Positions 48,743-58,842 of a stretch of 64,000 bases of DNA are shown here, one piece after another (position 1 is the stretch's first letter; every line of letters begins with the position of its first letter). Below the pieces are notes generated by a model, which was not told the origin of the DNA, made no database searches, and saw only the letters and a list, made by a program, of their open reading frames with translations. The stretch comes from Macrostomum lignano. Lineage: Eukaryota. Location of the stretch: the NCBI GenBank assembly GCA_002269645.1, contig NIVC01001342.1, forward strand, positions 124,001 to 188,000, given 5' to 3'. The translations under genes were made by a program, and so were the position numbers.

Positions 48743-49939
48743 ATGAAGCGGAAAAGTACACAGCAGATATCTGAATTGGAGAAGCTAGCACAAGCAGAGA
48801 AACGAGTTACCGGGCTAATAAATAAGGAGCAACAATCCTACAATGAGTTTGTCCAAGCAGCCACAGAGTTTCATAAACCCGGGTATGGAGAAGCTAAGAA
48901 AAATATTGATCAGGTCAAAGAAACTATCGACGACATACAGGAAACCCAAGTGCAAAAGGTTTTGGGCAAAATTCCAGAAGCACCACAGATACAGCCGCAA
49001 CCACAACAACCACAACCACATCAATCACAACTAAAAGTGACAGATAACATTTTTGGACCAGTAGAGCGTGTCGAACATGATGGGAAATATGTATTTGGAA
49101 TAAGTATGTGGAGAAAAAACATTTATAATGAACCAGTGGAATATTATATCGACATAAATAAGAAACATATTTCTGTTGTCAAAGGCTCGGAAACTAAGAG
49201 CATTCCTTTCACAGAAACCTTACTGACTTTTATGACCAAGAACCAAGAGAGAATCTCGGACAAACAGCTAAAGAACTATAGAGATCTAGTGACTTTTGCT
49301 CTTGCTAGAGATATAGAAATACTAAAGGCCCCAGAATTCCTGAGACTTATGTATGATAACGGTGTCAACCTGACTAGATTCAAAAAGTACAAACACTTTA
49401 AACAATGGTTCGGTTTGCCAGATCAGGCGGAAGTCATAAAATATCTAGAACAACCACAACAGCAACAGCAACCGCCACAACAGCAGCAACATTCCATAGA
49501 AGAACAAGTACTCAGTCAACTCGAGCAGTTAGACCCTTTGAAAGTGGCTGAATATAAGAAACAAAACCCGACAGACTGGCAACACTTAGAACAACACTCT
49601 CCAGATCGAATGAACAGAATCAAGCAAAGAGTTTTCACACCTCAACAAAGACAGGCACCACATGACAGTTCCATCTCTGAAAGTGAGCAGTCTTTTGCAT
49701 CACCTCCCCAGCAGCCACAAGCCCAACCAACTCCACAACCTCAAGACCAACCGCCCTCAACTGGAAAAGGAATTTCTGAAATCTACAAGCGAGTAGCGGT
49801 TCTTCTAGGAGCGGCAAAGACCGGAATGAAAGACGAGAATAGAAAAGAATTTGTCAACATCCTCAATAAAATGCTTGAGAGAAAATACATCGATAAGAGG
49901 GCGAGAGAGCTTCTGCTTTCGCGGTTCAACAAAAAATAA
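48743..49939 (+). CDS. Q/P-rich hypothetical Polinton protein (398 aa)
   Basis: Intact ORF; C-term RVAVLLGAAKTG..EFVNILNKMLERKYI resembles a motif recurrent in Maverick hypothetical proteins. Confidence 0.7.
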   Translation: MKRKSTQQISELEKLAQAEKRVTGLINKEQQSYNEFVQAATEFHKPGYGEAKKNIDQVKETIDDIQETQVQKVLGKIPEAPQIQPQPQQPQPHQSQLKVTDNIFGPVERVEHDGKYVFGISMWRKNIYNEPVEYYIDINKKHISVVKGSETKSIPFTETLLTFMTKNQERISDKQLKNYRDLVTFALARDIEILKAPEFLRLMYDNGVNLTRFKKYKHFKQWFGLPDQAEVIKYLEQPQQQQQPPQQQQHSIEEQVLSQLEQLDPLKVAEYKKQNPTDWQHLEQHSPDRMNRIKQRVFTPQQRQAPHDSSISESEQSFASPPQQPQAQPTPQPQDQPPSTGKGISEIYKRVAVLLGAAKTGMKDENRKEFVNILNKMLERKYIDKRARELLLSRFNKK

Positions 49940-49955
49940 ATTTCTATTTAAAAAG

Positions 49956-50372
49956 ATGCCAATTATTTTCGAAAAAGACATTCACAAATACTGCGACAAA
50001 GAGGAACTTAATCTCATTAAACGCGGATCTGGACTTTTCCCTGCAGGCCACTATCCAAGAAAAGAACGCTCTGGGAATGGCCTTGCCGATTTGATCGCTC
50101 AGGGGGCCAAGATTTTTAAGGTCATTGGAGAGAACAAAGAGAACATCAAGAACGTTGCCGAAGCGGCTGGCAGTGTAGCCACAGCAGCCAAAAAGATAAA
50201 GGATACTGTAACACCTAAACAAGAGATTCAGCCTCCACTGGCCCCGCTGGCTCCATTGGCCCCAAATCCAGACAGTGTGGACCCTGCAGTCTATGAGAAG
50301 ATGAGGCTAGCATTAAAAAAGGAAGTGGTTTCAAATTTGACTAAAGGGTACTTTCCGAGGGTACAAGACTAG
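49956..50372 (+). CDS. Putative virion core protein (138 aa) with G-x-G protease-site-like motifs
   Basis: ATG after an A-run; KRGSG-LF and RSGNG-LA motifs; basic, Ala-rich segment. Confidence 0.55.
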   Translation: MPIIFEKDIHKYCDKEELNLIKRGSGLFPAGHYPRKERSGNGLADLIAQGAKIFKVIGENKENIKNVAEAAGSVATAAKKIKDTVTPKQEIQPPLAPLAPLAPNPDSVDPAVYEKMRLALKKEVVSNLTKGYFPRVQD

Positions 50373-50475
50373 TCCCGAAATGACACATCTAAGTCCCAAA
50401 ATGACACATCTAAGTCCCGAAATGACACATCTAAGTCCCGAAATGACACATCTAAGTCCCGAAATGACACATCTA
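50371..50475. repeat. Five copies of 21-bp AGTCCCGAAATGACACATCTA
   Basis: Direct reading; intergenic, upstream of the ATPase. Confidence 0.95.
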
Positions 50476-50514
50476 AATTATTTATTATTTAATTTTTTTT
50501 TCATCATAGAAAAA

Positions 50515-51315
50515 ATGGACTTTTCAAACGACTTCAATCCTCACTGGACGCGTAATCAGATTAAGTTTTCTCATCACGAGTCAATTCCGAGTCACTTCAG
50601 ATGCATTGTTGTTGGTTCATCAGGTTCAGGTAAAACATTCAGAGTCTTTAACATGCTTCTTAGACCTGGCTTTATCGACTATGACACTCTGCACATCTAC
50701 TCTCCCACACTGTATCAAGATGAGTATAAAATGTTGATTTCTGGATTGCAAAACAAACTGCACAAAGAGGACATTATTGCATGTTTTAATAACCAAATGA
50801 GCCTTCCCAGTAACCCTGAAATTGTAGCTGCTGAATATGCAAAGCACCTCAAAGACAATGAAAAATGGCAGAACATTAAAGTGTTCACCTATGGAGATCC
50901 ACAGGCTGATCCAAAGACCAAACTTCTACCCCAACCAGATGAGCTAGAAAAGGGGAGAAAGCATTTGATCGTCTTTGATGATTGTATGACAGGCCCACAG
51001 AAGCAGATAGAAAACTATTTTACAAGAGGGCGACATAACAATTGCAATGTAATTTACATTGCACAGAATTGGTTCGAGCTCCCGAACAAAACAATTCGTG
51101 GGAACTGCAATCTGATTCTCCTGTTTCCAACCATTCCACAGGACAGGCTAAAAAGATTTTACAATGAGGTCATTGCGCCTGCCTATTTCATAAATCCAAC
51201 AAAAAACTCAAGCAGAAAGATTTCACAAGAGGAATTCGTTAATCTTTGCTATGACAAGTGGAATCAGCCTTACCAGTTTGTGATTATCAGCAAAGAAAAA
51301 AGAACTGTAATTTAA
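50515..51315 (+). CDS. A32/FtsK-like genome packaging ATPase
   Basis: Walker A GSSGSGKT, Walker B LIVFDD, FTRGRH, YIAQNWF..IRGNCN. Confidence 0.95.
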   Translation: MDFSNDFNPHWTRNQIKFSHHESIPSHFRCIVVGSSGSGKTFRVFNMLLRPGFIDYDTLHIYSPTLYQDEYKMLISGLQNKLHKEDIIACFNNQMSLPSNPEIVAAEYAKHLKDNEKWQNIKVFTYGDPQADPKTKLLPQPDELEKGRKHLIVFDDCMTGPQKQIENYFTRGRHNNCNVIYIAQNWFELPNKTIRGNCNLILLFPTIPQDRLKRFYNEVIAPAYFINPTKNSSRKISQEEFVNLCYDKWNQPYQFVIISKEKRTVI

Positions 51316-51331
51316 AATTTGCTATTAAAAG

Positions 51332-52090
51332 ATGTCGATAAACTTTGCAGGTGAATCCATTTCTGGCAACAGCACTCTCACAACTTCCTTCCTTGACAAG
51401 CGCTACATTAACATTGATGAAGAGATCCCAGAGATCAAACTGAATAAAAACAGACTGAAAGCCCTAGAGCGCTCCATGCACCAGTTGCAAATCAACATGG
51501 AAGATCTCAGGCTTAAAGTAGCTAGGCAGAAGTTTGAAAATGATAAGCTTTATGCGCCGTTGTTAAACGCAACTAATGAACTAAGGTCAGAAATAACTTC
51601 GATAGTCTCGCTAATCAACGGCTTGAGATCATCAGTTAATCTTCTGGGAAATTCCACTGATAGACGGATGCGTATTCTCGAAGGAGGAGTTTTCACAAAC
51701 ACAGCTAAAGTAAATAATTTAGAAGAGTTCATGAACCAGTCAACAGCGTTGCATGATAGAATTAAAGAAAACGTCGCAACCAACACAGTTAAAGTCAATA
51801 ATTTAGAAGAGTTCATGAACCAGTCAACAGCGTTGCATGATAGAATTAAAGAAAGACTTGATGCAATTAAAGTCTATTTAGATTTAATTTTTACCGAATG
51901 GCAGAAATCGTTGAGAAGAATCAGTCGTCTTGAGGGAGTACACAATCTTCCTGATATTGATACTGTTGAAGAGGCACCACAGACCACAAGGGAAATAAGT
52001 GATCCAACCGACTTGACCACTGACCACAAATTTCGTGAGCCAACCGGTTTGTTTGAGATCAAGTGTAGAATGGAGCGCATAGACAAATAA
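51332..52090 (+). CDS. Coiled-coil protein (candidate fibre/spike) with an 84-bp internal duplication
   Basis: Heptad-rich; NTxKVNNLEEFMNQSTALHDRIKE occurs twice, 28 aa apart. Confidence 0.6.
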   Translation: MSINFAGESISGNSTLTTSFLDKRYINIDEEIPEIKLNKNRLKALERSMHQLQINMEDLRLKVARQKFENDKLYAPLLNATNELRSEITSIVSLINGLRSSVNLLGNSTDRRMRILEGGVFTNTAKVNNLEEFMNQSTALHDRIKENVATNTVKVNNLEEFMNQSTALHDRIKERLDAIKVYLDLIFTEWQKSLRRISRLEGVHNLPDIDTVEEAPQTTREISDPTDLTTDHKFREPTGLFEIKCRMERIDK

Positions 52091-52203
52091 ATAGGTAGAT
52101 TCGAAGAGACCTGCTGGCGCCAACTGCAGACGAAACAATTAAACGTAAAACAAATCTAACCACCACCAACGAGTTGTCAATTTTTTTTAAAAATTCTCTA
52201 AAA

Positions 52204-52884
52204 ATGGATGCTCAAAATTCTCTTTATGATCCGAATGCTCCCACAGCACCCACAGCACCTAGTGCACCCCAATATGAGCAACAAAAACTCTACCCCGTCA
52301 TTACTTGTAACTCTCAGCAGTTTCGACTGGTGGAGATTCAAAAAATGCGTGATGATCTTGAAAAAAATATTTTCCACAACACAAAGAAAATTAAGCGCTA
52401 TGACAACCACTGTAAATTTTTCGACTACAGCAATATGATTCTAGGATCTGTGTCTGTTCTATCTGGATCTGCTGCAGCTGTCTCAGTGTTGCCAGCCATC
52501 ACAGCCCCAATCGCAATCCCGCTCGGCTCTGTGGGTGCTGCATGTGGACTTATTTCAGCAATTACTGGAGCAGTAGCGCGAAACAGTCGAAAAAAACTAA
52601 AGCAGCTACAGGAGAAGCAAGTAAAAGAGAAAGGGGTGCACACATCAATCATAGGGTACATTTCAAGGGCAATCGAGGATAAGTTCATTTCAGAGGATGA
52701 GTTCAAAACCATTCAGGATCTTTATGAACAATCAATTCGAATGAACTTGAACATGGTCGGTACTGATGACATGAGTCAGCTGAAAAATGAACTCGAGAAA
52801 GTTTTTCAACATTATGTGGAAAGAAAGTCGGCGAAAAATTCGGCAAGAAATTCGGCAAGAAGGACGACGAGAAATGCACAATGA
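52204..52884 (+). CDS. GasderminX-like / membrane-active Polinton protein
   Basis: QQFRLVEI..L......KI.RY, two hydrophobic Gly/Ala-rich helices, then I..AIEDKFISEDEF; pattern of the conserved Maverick/adintovirus family. Confidence 0.7.
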   Translation: MDAQNSLYDPNAPTAPTAPSAPQYEQQKLYPVITCNSQQFRLVEIQKMRDDLEKNIFHNTKKIKRYDNHCKFFDYSNMILGSVSVLSGSAAAVSVLPAITAPIAIPLGSVGAACGLISAITGAVARNSRKKLKQLQEKQVKEKGVHTSIIGYISRAIEDKFISEDEFKTIQDLYEQSIRMNLNMVGTDDMSQLKNELEKVFQHYVERKSAKNSARNSARRTTRNAQ

Positions 52885-52887
52885 ACC

Positions 52888-53289
52888 CTATGAAACACAG
52901 CCAAGAATAATTTCCTTGTAGGTCTTTCGTGTTTTGGTCATTGCATACAAAACAGTCATGCACAGCTCACCGCAAATATCACTGCTAAGACCTTGGAGAA
53001 TAAAGTCTGAGCGATAAATTTTTTTATTATTTTTCCCCTTCATATAATTTCTTAGCTCTTCTGGTACTGCCGTCCCATAGCTATCGAAGTAATAACACTT
53101 GTGCTTGCGATCGGGATCAATCACCCAGCAAACCCAATGAGATCCTGGCTTATCGGTGGTGTCAAAGTTCATGATGCCGCATTCCTTTCTTAGAGGAAAA
53201 TCAGGCAGAGTGTCCCTCATAAATATTCCTCTAAAGTTTGGGATTTCCAGTTCGTTAGCCAAATCTTCAAGAAAGTTATTTGTCGTCAT
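52888..53289 (-). CDS. Adenain-like maturation cysteine protease
   Basis: GSHWV (His), YYFDSYG (Asp), Q....ICG (Gln/Cys). Confidence 0.93.
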   Translation of the reverse strand: MTTNNFLEDLANELEIPNFRGIFMRDTLPDFPLRKECGIMNFDTTDKPGSHWVCWVIDPDRKHKCYYFDSYGTAVPEELRNYMKGKNNKKIYRSDFILQGLSSDICGELCMTVLYAMTKTRKTYKEIILGCVS

Positions 53290-53362
53290 TTTTTATGAGG
53301 TTTATTAAACTTTCTCTTAAACCTAAACCTAACCTCCACCTCCTAAACCCAACCTCAACCTC

Positions 53363-56300
53363 CTAAACCCAACCTCCTAAACCTAATCTCCAGTGCCCGA
53401 ACGGTAGACTGTTAATGTTGTCATCAAAAATGAATCTCTTGTTATCTGCACCTGACAGTCCAATCTTCTTTTGCTGAATTGTGTGAATAATATGGTTTTT
53501 AGATTGTAGCTTTGAGAACTCATGTGATGTCTTTTTGTTGCAATTCAAGGCGTCTCTGTATTCAGCTTCATTAATTTCCTTCCTAACCACACGTTTCGGA
53601 ATTCCCTTTGATTTTTTAATTGGGTCTGACGACTCACATTTTACAAAATAGGACTTTGCTCTCAACCCAATGAATTCAGTGATTATGTCACCAGCAATCT
53701 CGTCCTTCATTTTCCCAATCACTTTCTTGTTAGTAGCGTCAAACACTTGATCGCCATTCTGTGTCCTGAAAGATTCATCATACTCAGACAAGTCAAACAA
53801 ATCTTTTTGCTGCAGCATGTCCTGATAAATGTCTTCTGTTTGAATGTCCATAATAAAACTGTCTGTGTCAGTGTACAAGAGTTTCATTTTATCCTTGTAC
53901 TGCTGCTTCATGCCATAGAAGAACTGGTACATCAGACGTTTTGATTCGTCGAGAACAGTGACACCTGTATAGATCGGCTTGCGCAGCGTCACCTTGGTTT
54001 TGTAAAATATGATCACACCTAAGTAGCTATTAAAGATATGGAGTTCTTTGAATGTTGGCTTTGACATATTTGCCTGAATAACAGCAGGCTCTGATGAGGT
54101 AACAAGTTTCAGGTTTGTTCTTTTCCGCTCATTCTCAAGAGTCTTGCCATAGACAGAGTTGTTGGCCAACTTAAAGAGGTTCTTGTCAAAGTCGTTGGTT
54201 GCTTTGGTCCTAAACTGGGTATTCTTATCAATGTAGGGTTTCATCCACGCTTCCTCTGTAAATGTAAGAGCCCTGTGAACTTGGTGACCCTGCAACCAAG
54301 TGAGATAAAATACTGAAGCAGTTTGTAATGGATTTTGTAACGTGTCTTGTTGTTTAGATTCTGTGTTAGTTTCTCTGTATGTTCTTTTTCTGTTCCTGAC
54401 AGGTGCCAAGTTCCATTATTATCATTGGGAGTTTCGATTATTTTCGGGCACTTGATGTTCTCTGGGAAGGGTGGAAAGTCAGAGAAATAGTCGTGAAGCT
54501 CTGGTGGAATGTAAACATCAACTCATAAATGGCAGCCAATGAAAAGTCCTGTTTGAATTCTGATGAGGGTAGCCATCGAAAATCTCTAACTGGAAGATCT
54601 TGACTCATCGCCCACCGTAGAGATTATTAGCGTCCAAGTAAGTAATGTAGTTTGAGGGCTGCTCCTTATTGTAAGATTCAATGTAGGGATTGTTTGCTTT
54701 TGCATACCTGTTAACGCAAATTGAGATTCCCCCTCGCTTTGACGATTCGACAAAATTGTACATGTCAATGTCTGTAAGAAGTTCAATGTACCAATCTGGA
54801 TCTTGATCCCATTTCATTTTAAGCAAAGATTCCCAGCTAGTGGCAGGCAGAGACACATAATGTGCTGGATCGAGGCCATATGCTGTGTACCAGGTGTATC
54901 TGAAGGTTTCAAACACATCAGCCAGCAGAAACACATCTGTGTAGAGGTAAAGCAGGTGATACTGGAAGAAGTTTTGACAATTAAAGTAATTATAGACATG
55001 CTTCGCGTGCTCATAGTCTTTGTCAGAGATTCCAGAGTCTGTTAGCTTTGAAAAGAACTTCTCCTGTGGTGGTAAACCTTCTTCAAATACGTGATACCCA
55101 GTAATATTTTCATAGGGGTAGAAGCCTTTGGTTCTCAGGAGTTTAAATGATTCATCACTGTTGTTAATTTTACTTGCAAACATCTTTGTATATGTACATT
55201 GTTCATCTTTTAGATTCTTGCTTAGTTCGTCTAGACTGGCAGCTAGAAATTGATATGAATCCTTCAGTCTTATTTTACCTTTACCCGAATTATCCTGTTT
55301 AATATCAACACACTTAAACTTCTCCTTGTTCTCTGCGATGCAGTCAAGGTGTATGTCTGGAATCATGCCGATTTTTTCAACTATTAAATGCATGTCATAG
55401 TTCTTTGCGTTGTGACAAAATATCGTTAGATCATGAATGTTCGATTTTAGCTTTAGATTACAGGTGTTATGCGCTGCACCTCTAAATTTCCCAGTAAAGT
55501 GGCAGTGGTCCCTAACGGTGGGGTTTTTAATATTAGTGCAAGTTAAATGTTTCCTGCAGATGTGGCAATGAGTTGCTGATAGGAAATTACTTTCATCCTC
55601 CTCAGTCATCATTATTGGAACAGGTTGAAGGGTGCTAATCACTCTTTGCAACTCTAACATTCTGGCAATAAACTGCTCCACACACTGCTCTCCAAAGAAA
55701 TAATTATACTCAACAAGTCCTTTTGTATTAATAAAGGCATATGCTACTGAATTGGGGACATGTTTTTGAGTTTGAGTTTGTTTTTGAGTTTCTGGCATGA
55801 TTGAGCATTCGAAATCAGCATATACAACAAATGGGAGCTTCTCCATCTTGTGATAGTTCTTAAACCGGAGATACTTCTCTTCAGCTGAAGGAAGAGAGCA
55901 GTTTGTTGGGTGATCCTCGCATGATAATTCATGCTCTGTTAGTTTTTCAAAGCGTTCAGGTCCACTGTAATGCTTAAGGCACAAGCGGCAGATGGCAACA
56001 GCCTCGTGATGATTATTCAACTGCTTGTGAATGAGTCTTGAAAGATCTTTAATCCAAACATAGTGAGCCTCCTCTAGTAAATTACCAATCACTAGAAGAT
56101 CCACTTCAATCCGCCTTTTCCCCTCAGGATCTAAAACGTCTTTGCTACATCTGACCGTTGAACTTCTCAGTTTTTTCACTCCACTCAAAGACTGTGATTC
56201 TAATTTTGTTATTAAACACTTCTTCTAGCTTTGGGATCTGAGAATCGCCAAGCCTCCTTTGTCAAACCTGATTCCCTTCTTTTCGCATTCGATGAGATAG

Positions 56301-57181
56301 TAGTTGAAATAATTTTGATAATTTGAGGTTCTTTCGGGTGGTGAGGTACACTAATAAGTGCAGAAAGAACTGCCCATAGAGCACAGCAATTGTCTTTATT
56401 TTTAACATTTATGCAAGCTTTTTTGCCGGCTAGCTTATGCGGGAGCTCTATATAAGAGGAGGCTTTAAGTGGGTCATATTTCATGACCATGACAGTCGCT
56501 CTTTGAATCCCTCCCACGACCCATCCGGAACCTCTGGATGTAAACGCTTCAATTTTCTTAGTGACATCTTGAAGGAAAGGATCCAGTGTGTCTAGGGGTG
56601 AATGGCTTCCTTTGTTGTCATGTAATACTCGAGATGCTCAGTGGGTTTTGCAGGCATATAAAACGCAATCTTGAATGATATCTGTAGTTTAAAGGTCTTG
56701 CGTGTTTTGAGTGTGTGATCAACAACTGATTGGATGCTGTCTTTATAGTCGTAGATGTTTGCGGTGGTATCCTTAATTGGGATTGTGTACTCTATGTAAT
56801 GTTCTGTAAACTTCCTCTGTGCAAAATTAATCTCTTCAATGGCAAGCTCCGACTCTTTTAAATGGATTAATTGCTCTAATTTCTCTTGTTCCTGCTTATT
56901 TTGTGGGTACTTTGCTTTTTCACCAGTGAGAGTTTCGTATTTGTTAACTAAGTTGCGACTCCTCTCTTGGTGTTCCTTTGCAGAATTTTTTATAGGCGCA
57001 TACTGGTTGGATTCTAATTGATTGATGATTTCCAACTGTTTTTCATAGCTTCCCAGGTGACCAGGGTCTGTGTTAAACTTTGTTTACATGCTTCTCTTAG
57101 TAAATTACTTTTGTCTTGAAATGAGACGCCTTTTGAAAAATATTTGTTGACTAAATCTCTTGCTGGATTGGCTTTTGGCAT
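53363..57181 (-). pseudogene. Protein-primed family B DNA polymerase, broken by multiple frameshifts and a stop
   Basis: Fragments in order: MPKANP.., GSGW..SSYIELP..CINVKNKDNCCALWAVL, VYADFE (ExoI), RDHCHFTGKFRGAAHNTCNL, HNAKNYD (ExoII), LDANNLYG (motif A), KLANNSVYGK (motif B), YTDTDS (motif C). Confidence 0.92.
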
Positions 57182-57304
57182 TTTTTTCTCTAAAATAAAA
57201 AAAATTTTGAGGGTGACCACCCTGATAGAAAAGTTGAACTGTTTCTACATCCTATCAGTAGTATTAGGTTTATGAAGCTGGATAAAGTGGGGTTTTAAAC
57301 CTCA

Positions 57305-57758
57305 TCACATGCGCATTATTGTAAACCCAGCATTGTGCAGTGTCATGATGGCTTTGACAATGTCAGACTTGCTTACAGAATTTTCATGCTCAAATCATCA
57401 CGATCGGGGCAGCCCTCAGGGCAACCATCTCCTGCCTTAATTGTTATACCTTTATCTCTTGCAATCTTTTGCAATTCTAGCTGGTGGGCTCTATCATTCC
57501 CAGCTTTAACAGCAGTTGCTACACCTCCAGCTACACCACCTGCGGCACTTACAGCGCCTGCAATGATCGGAATAAGAGCTGCTAATGGTAGGATTCCTCC
57601 TGACTTTTCATCTGTGATGCTGTGTCTTTGCTCATTACACTCAACTATTTGCTGTGTGGGATCGATTACTTTGATACCTTTAATTGAATAAGACCTGGTT
57701 TCTTTGATTCAATGATTTTATTGAGTTTATTGATGGTTCTGGTTTCAATCTTTGTCAT
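57305..57758 (-). pseudogene. Frameshifted adenovirus protein X (Mu precursor)-like ORF, missed by the ORF track
   Basis: AAAAAATG at 57758; after a shift near 57690 it reads KSGGILPLAALIPIIAGAVSAAGGVAGGVATAVKA, close to adenovirus pX GGILPLLIPLIAAAIGAVPGIASVA. Confidence 0.7.
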
Positions 57759-57774
57759 TTTTTATTTTAATATT

Positions 57775-58812
57775 TTAATTAATTTCCGTGTCAGCTGGTA
57801 TCACTAGGAGTTCAGCTCTAGTGAATGACCGTGTGGGGGATTTAGGGTTAAAGGCCTGAGATAAAAAGTAATAGTCACCGGAGTCGGAGGTAAAATGTCT
57901 GTCTATTTTATGTACATCAAGGCTGAAGTATGGATCTGTAGCTCTTCTTTTGGTGTCTTTCTCTAGCTCTCCAGGTAGATATAAAAAGCGTAGAAACTCA
58001 GAGTTTGTCAGTATGTATGGTGATTCAACTCCTGGAAGCTTAGGGTAGTTCGAGGTGTGTTTTGTGTTGTGCGTGTTGTGTGGGGTTGTCGTGTTGTTGT
58101 CTGTTTTATGAGATGCCTTAAGTTCGACAGTGTCTTGTTTAATTGCATGGGACGGTTTCAATCCAGTCATACGTGTGACTTCATTGTTCAGTTGCTCTAT
58201 AACAGTGGGGAGCCGGTCTGTCCATTTTGAATAGTACTGACCACTTTTTAGTTTCAGCTCCTCAGCTGTCTGCTTAGTGAATAGCCTTTTGGCTAGAGTT
58301 AGATTGAATCTCTCAACGTACGCTTGGTCTCTGTGCAAGTTTGTTCTGCCATAGCGAATCTCTGTATTGTGCTTTTCCATAAGGGATTTCACTGCACCCA
58401 TGAATTCCTTACCCGGGTCGGTCATGAACATTTCAGGGTAACTAAGGGGTGAGTTTTTATAAATATCTTGCAGTGCGCTGGAAACAACCTCTGACTTCTT
58501 CGTCTTGAGTGGGCGAGCTTCCTTATATCTGGAAGCAACGTCTGTAATTGTGAGAGCATACTTGTAGCCCGAGTCATTGGGGAGAAACAAAAGATCTGCT
58601 TGGTGCGCTTCATTAGGTTTATAGATGCTAAAGCGAGGTCTTGTAAATTTTACTGGTGGGAAATAGACTTGAAAGACAGCCTGCTTAGAGAGCCACTTTT
58701 CTACTCTAGCTTTTGGTTCCTTGCTTAGTTCTGCGAGTTTGGTGACTGCATTTTTTCCTACAAAGAATCCTTTGTCGCTGTAGTAGAGTTTTTTAAGTTT
58801 CTGATCTGTCAT
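57775..58812 (-). CDS. Retroviral-like DDE integrase of the Polinton
   Basis: HQADLLFLP..YKYALTITDVASRY (D1), TDPGKEF (D2), VERFNLTL (E); ATG after an A-run at 58812. Confidence 0.95.
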   Translation of the reverse strand: MTDQKLKKLYYSDKGFFVGKNAVTKLAELSKEPKARVEKWLSKQAVFQVYFPPVKFTRPRFSIYKPNEAHQADLLFLPNDSGYKYALTITDVASRYKEARPLKTKKSEVVSSALQDIYKNSPLSYPEMFMTDPGKEFMGAVKSLMEKHNTEIRYGRTNLHRDQAYVERFNLTLAKRLFTKQTAEELKLKSGQYYSKWTDRLPTVIEQLNNEVTRMTGLKPSHAIKQDTVELKASHKTDNNTTTPHNTHNTKHTSNYPKLPGVESPYILTNSEFLRFLYLPGELEKDTKRRATDPYFSLDVHKIDRHFTSDSGDYYFLSQAFNPKSPTRSFTRAELLVIPADTEIN

Positions 58813-58842
58813 TTTTTTTAAAATAAAATTTAAAATAAAATA

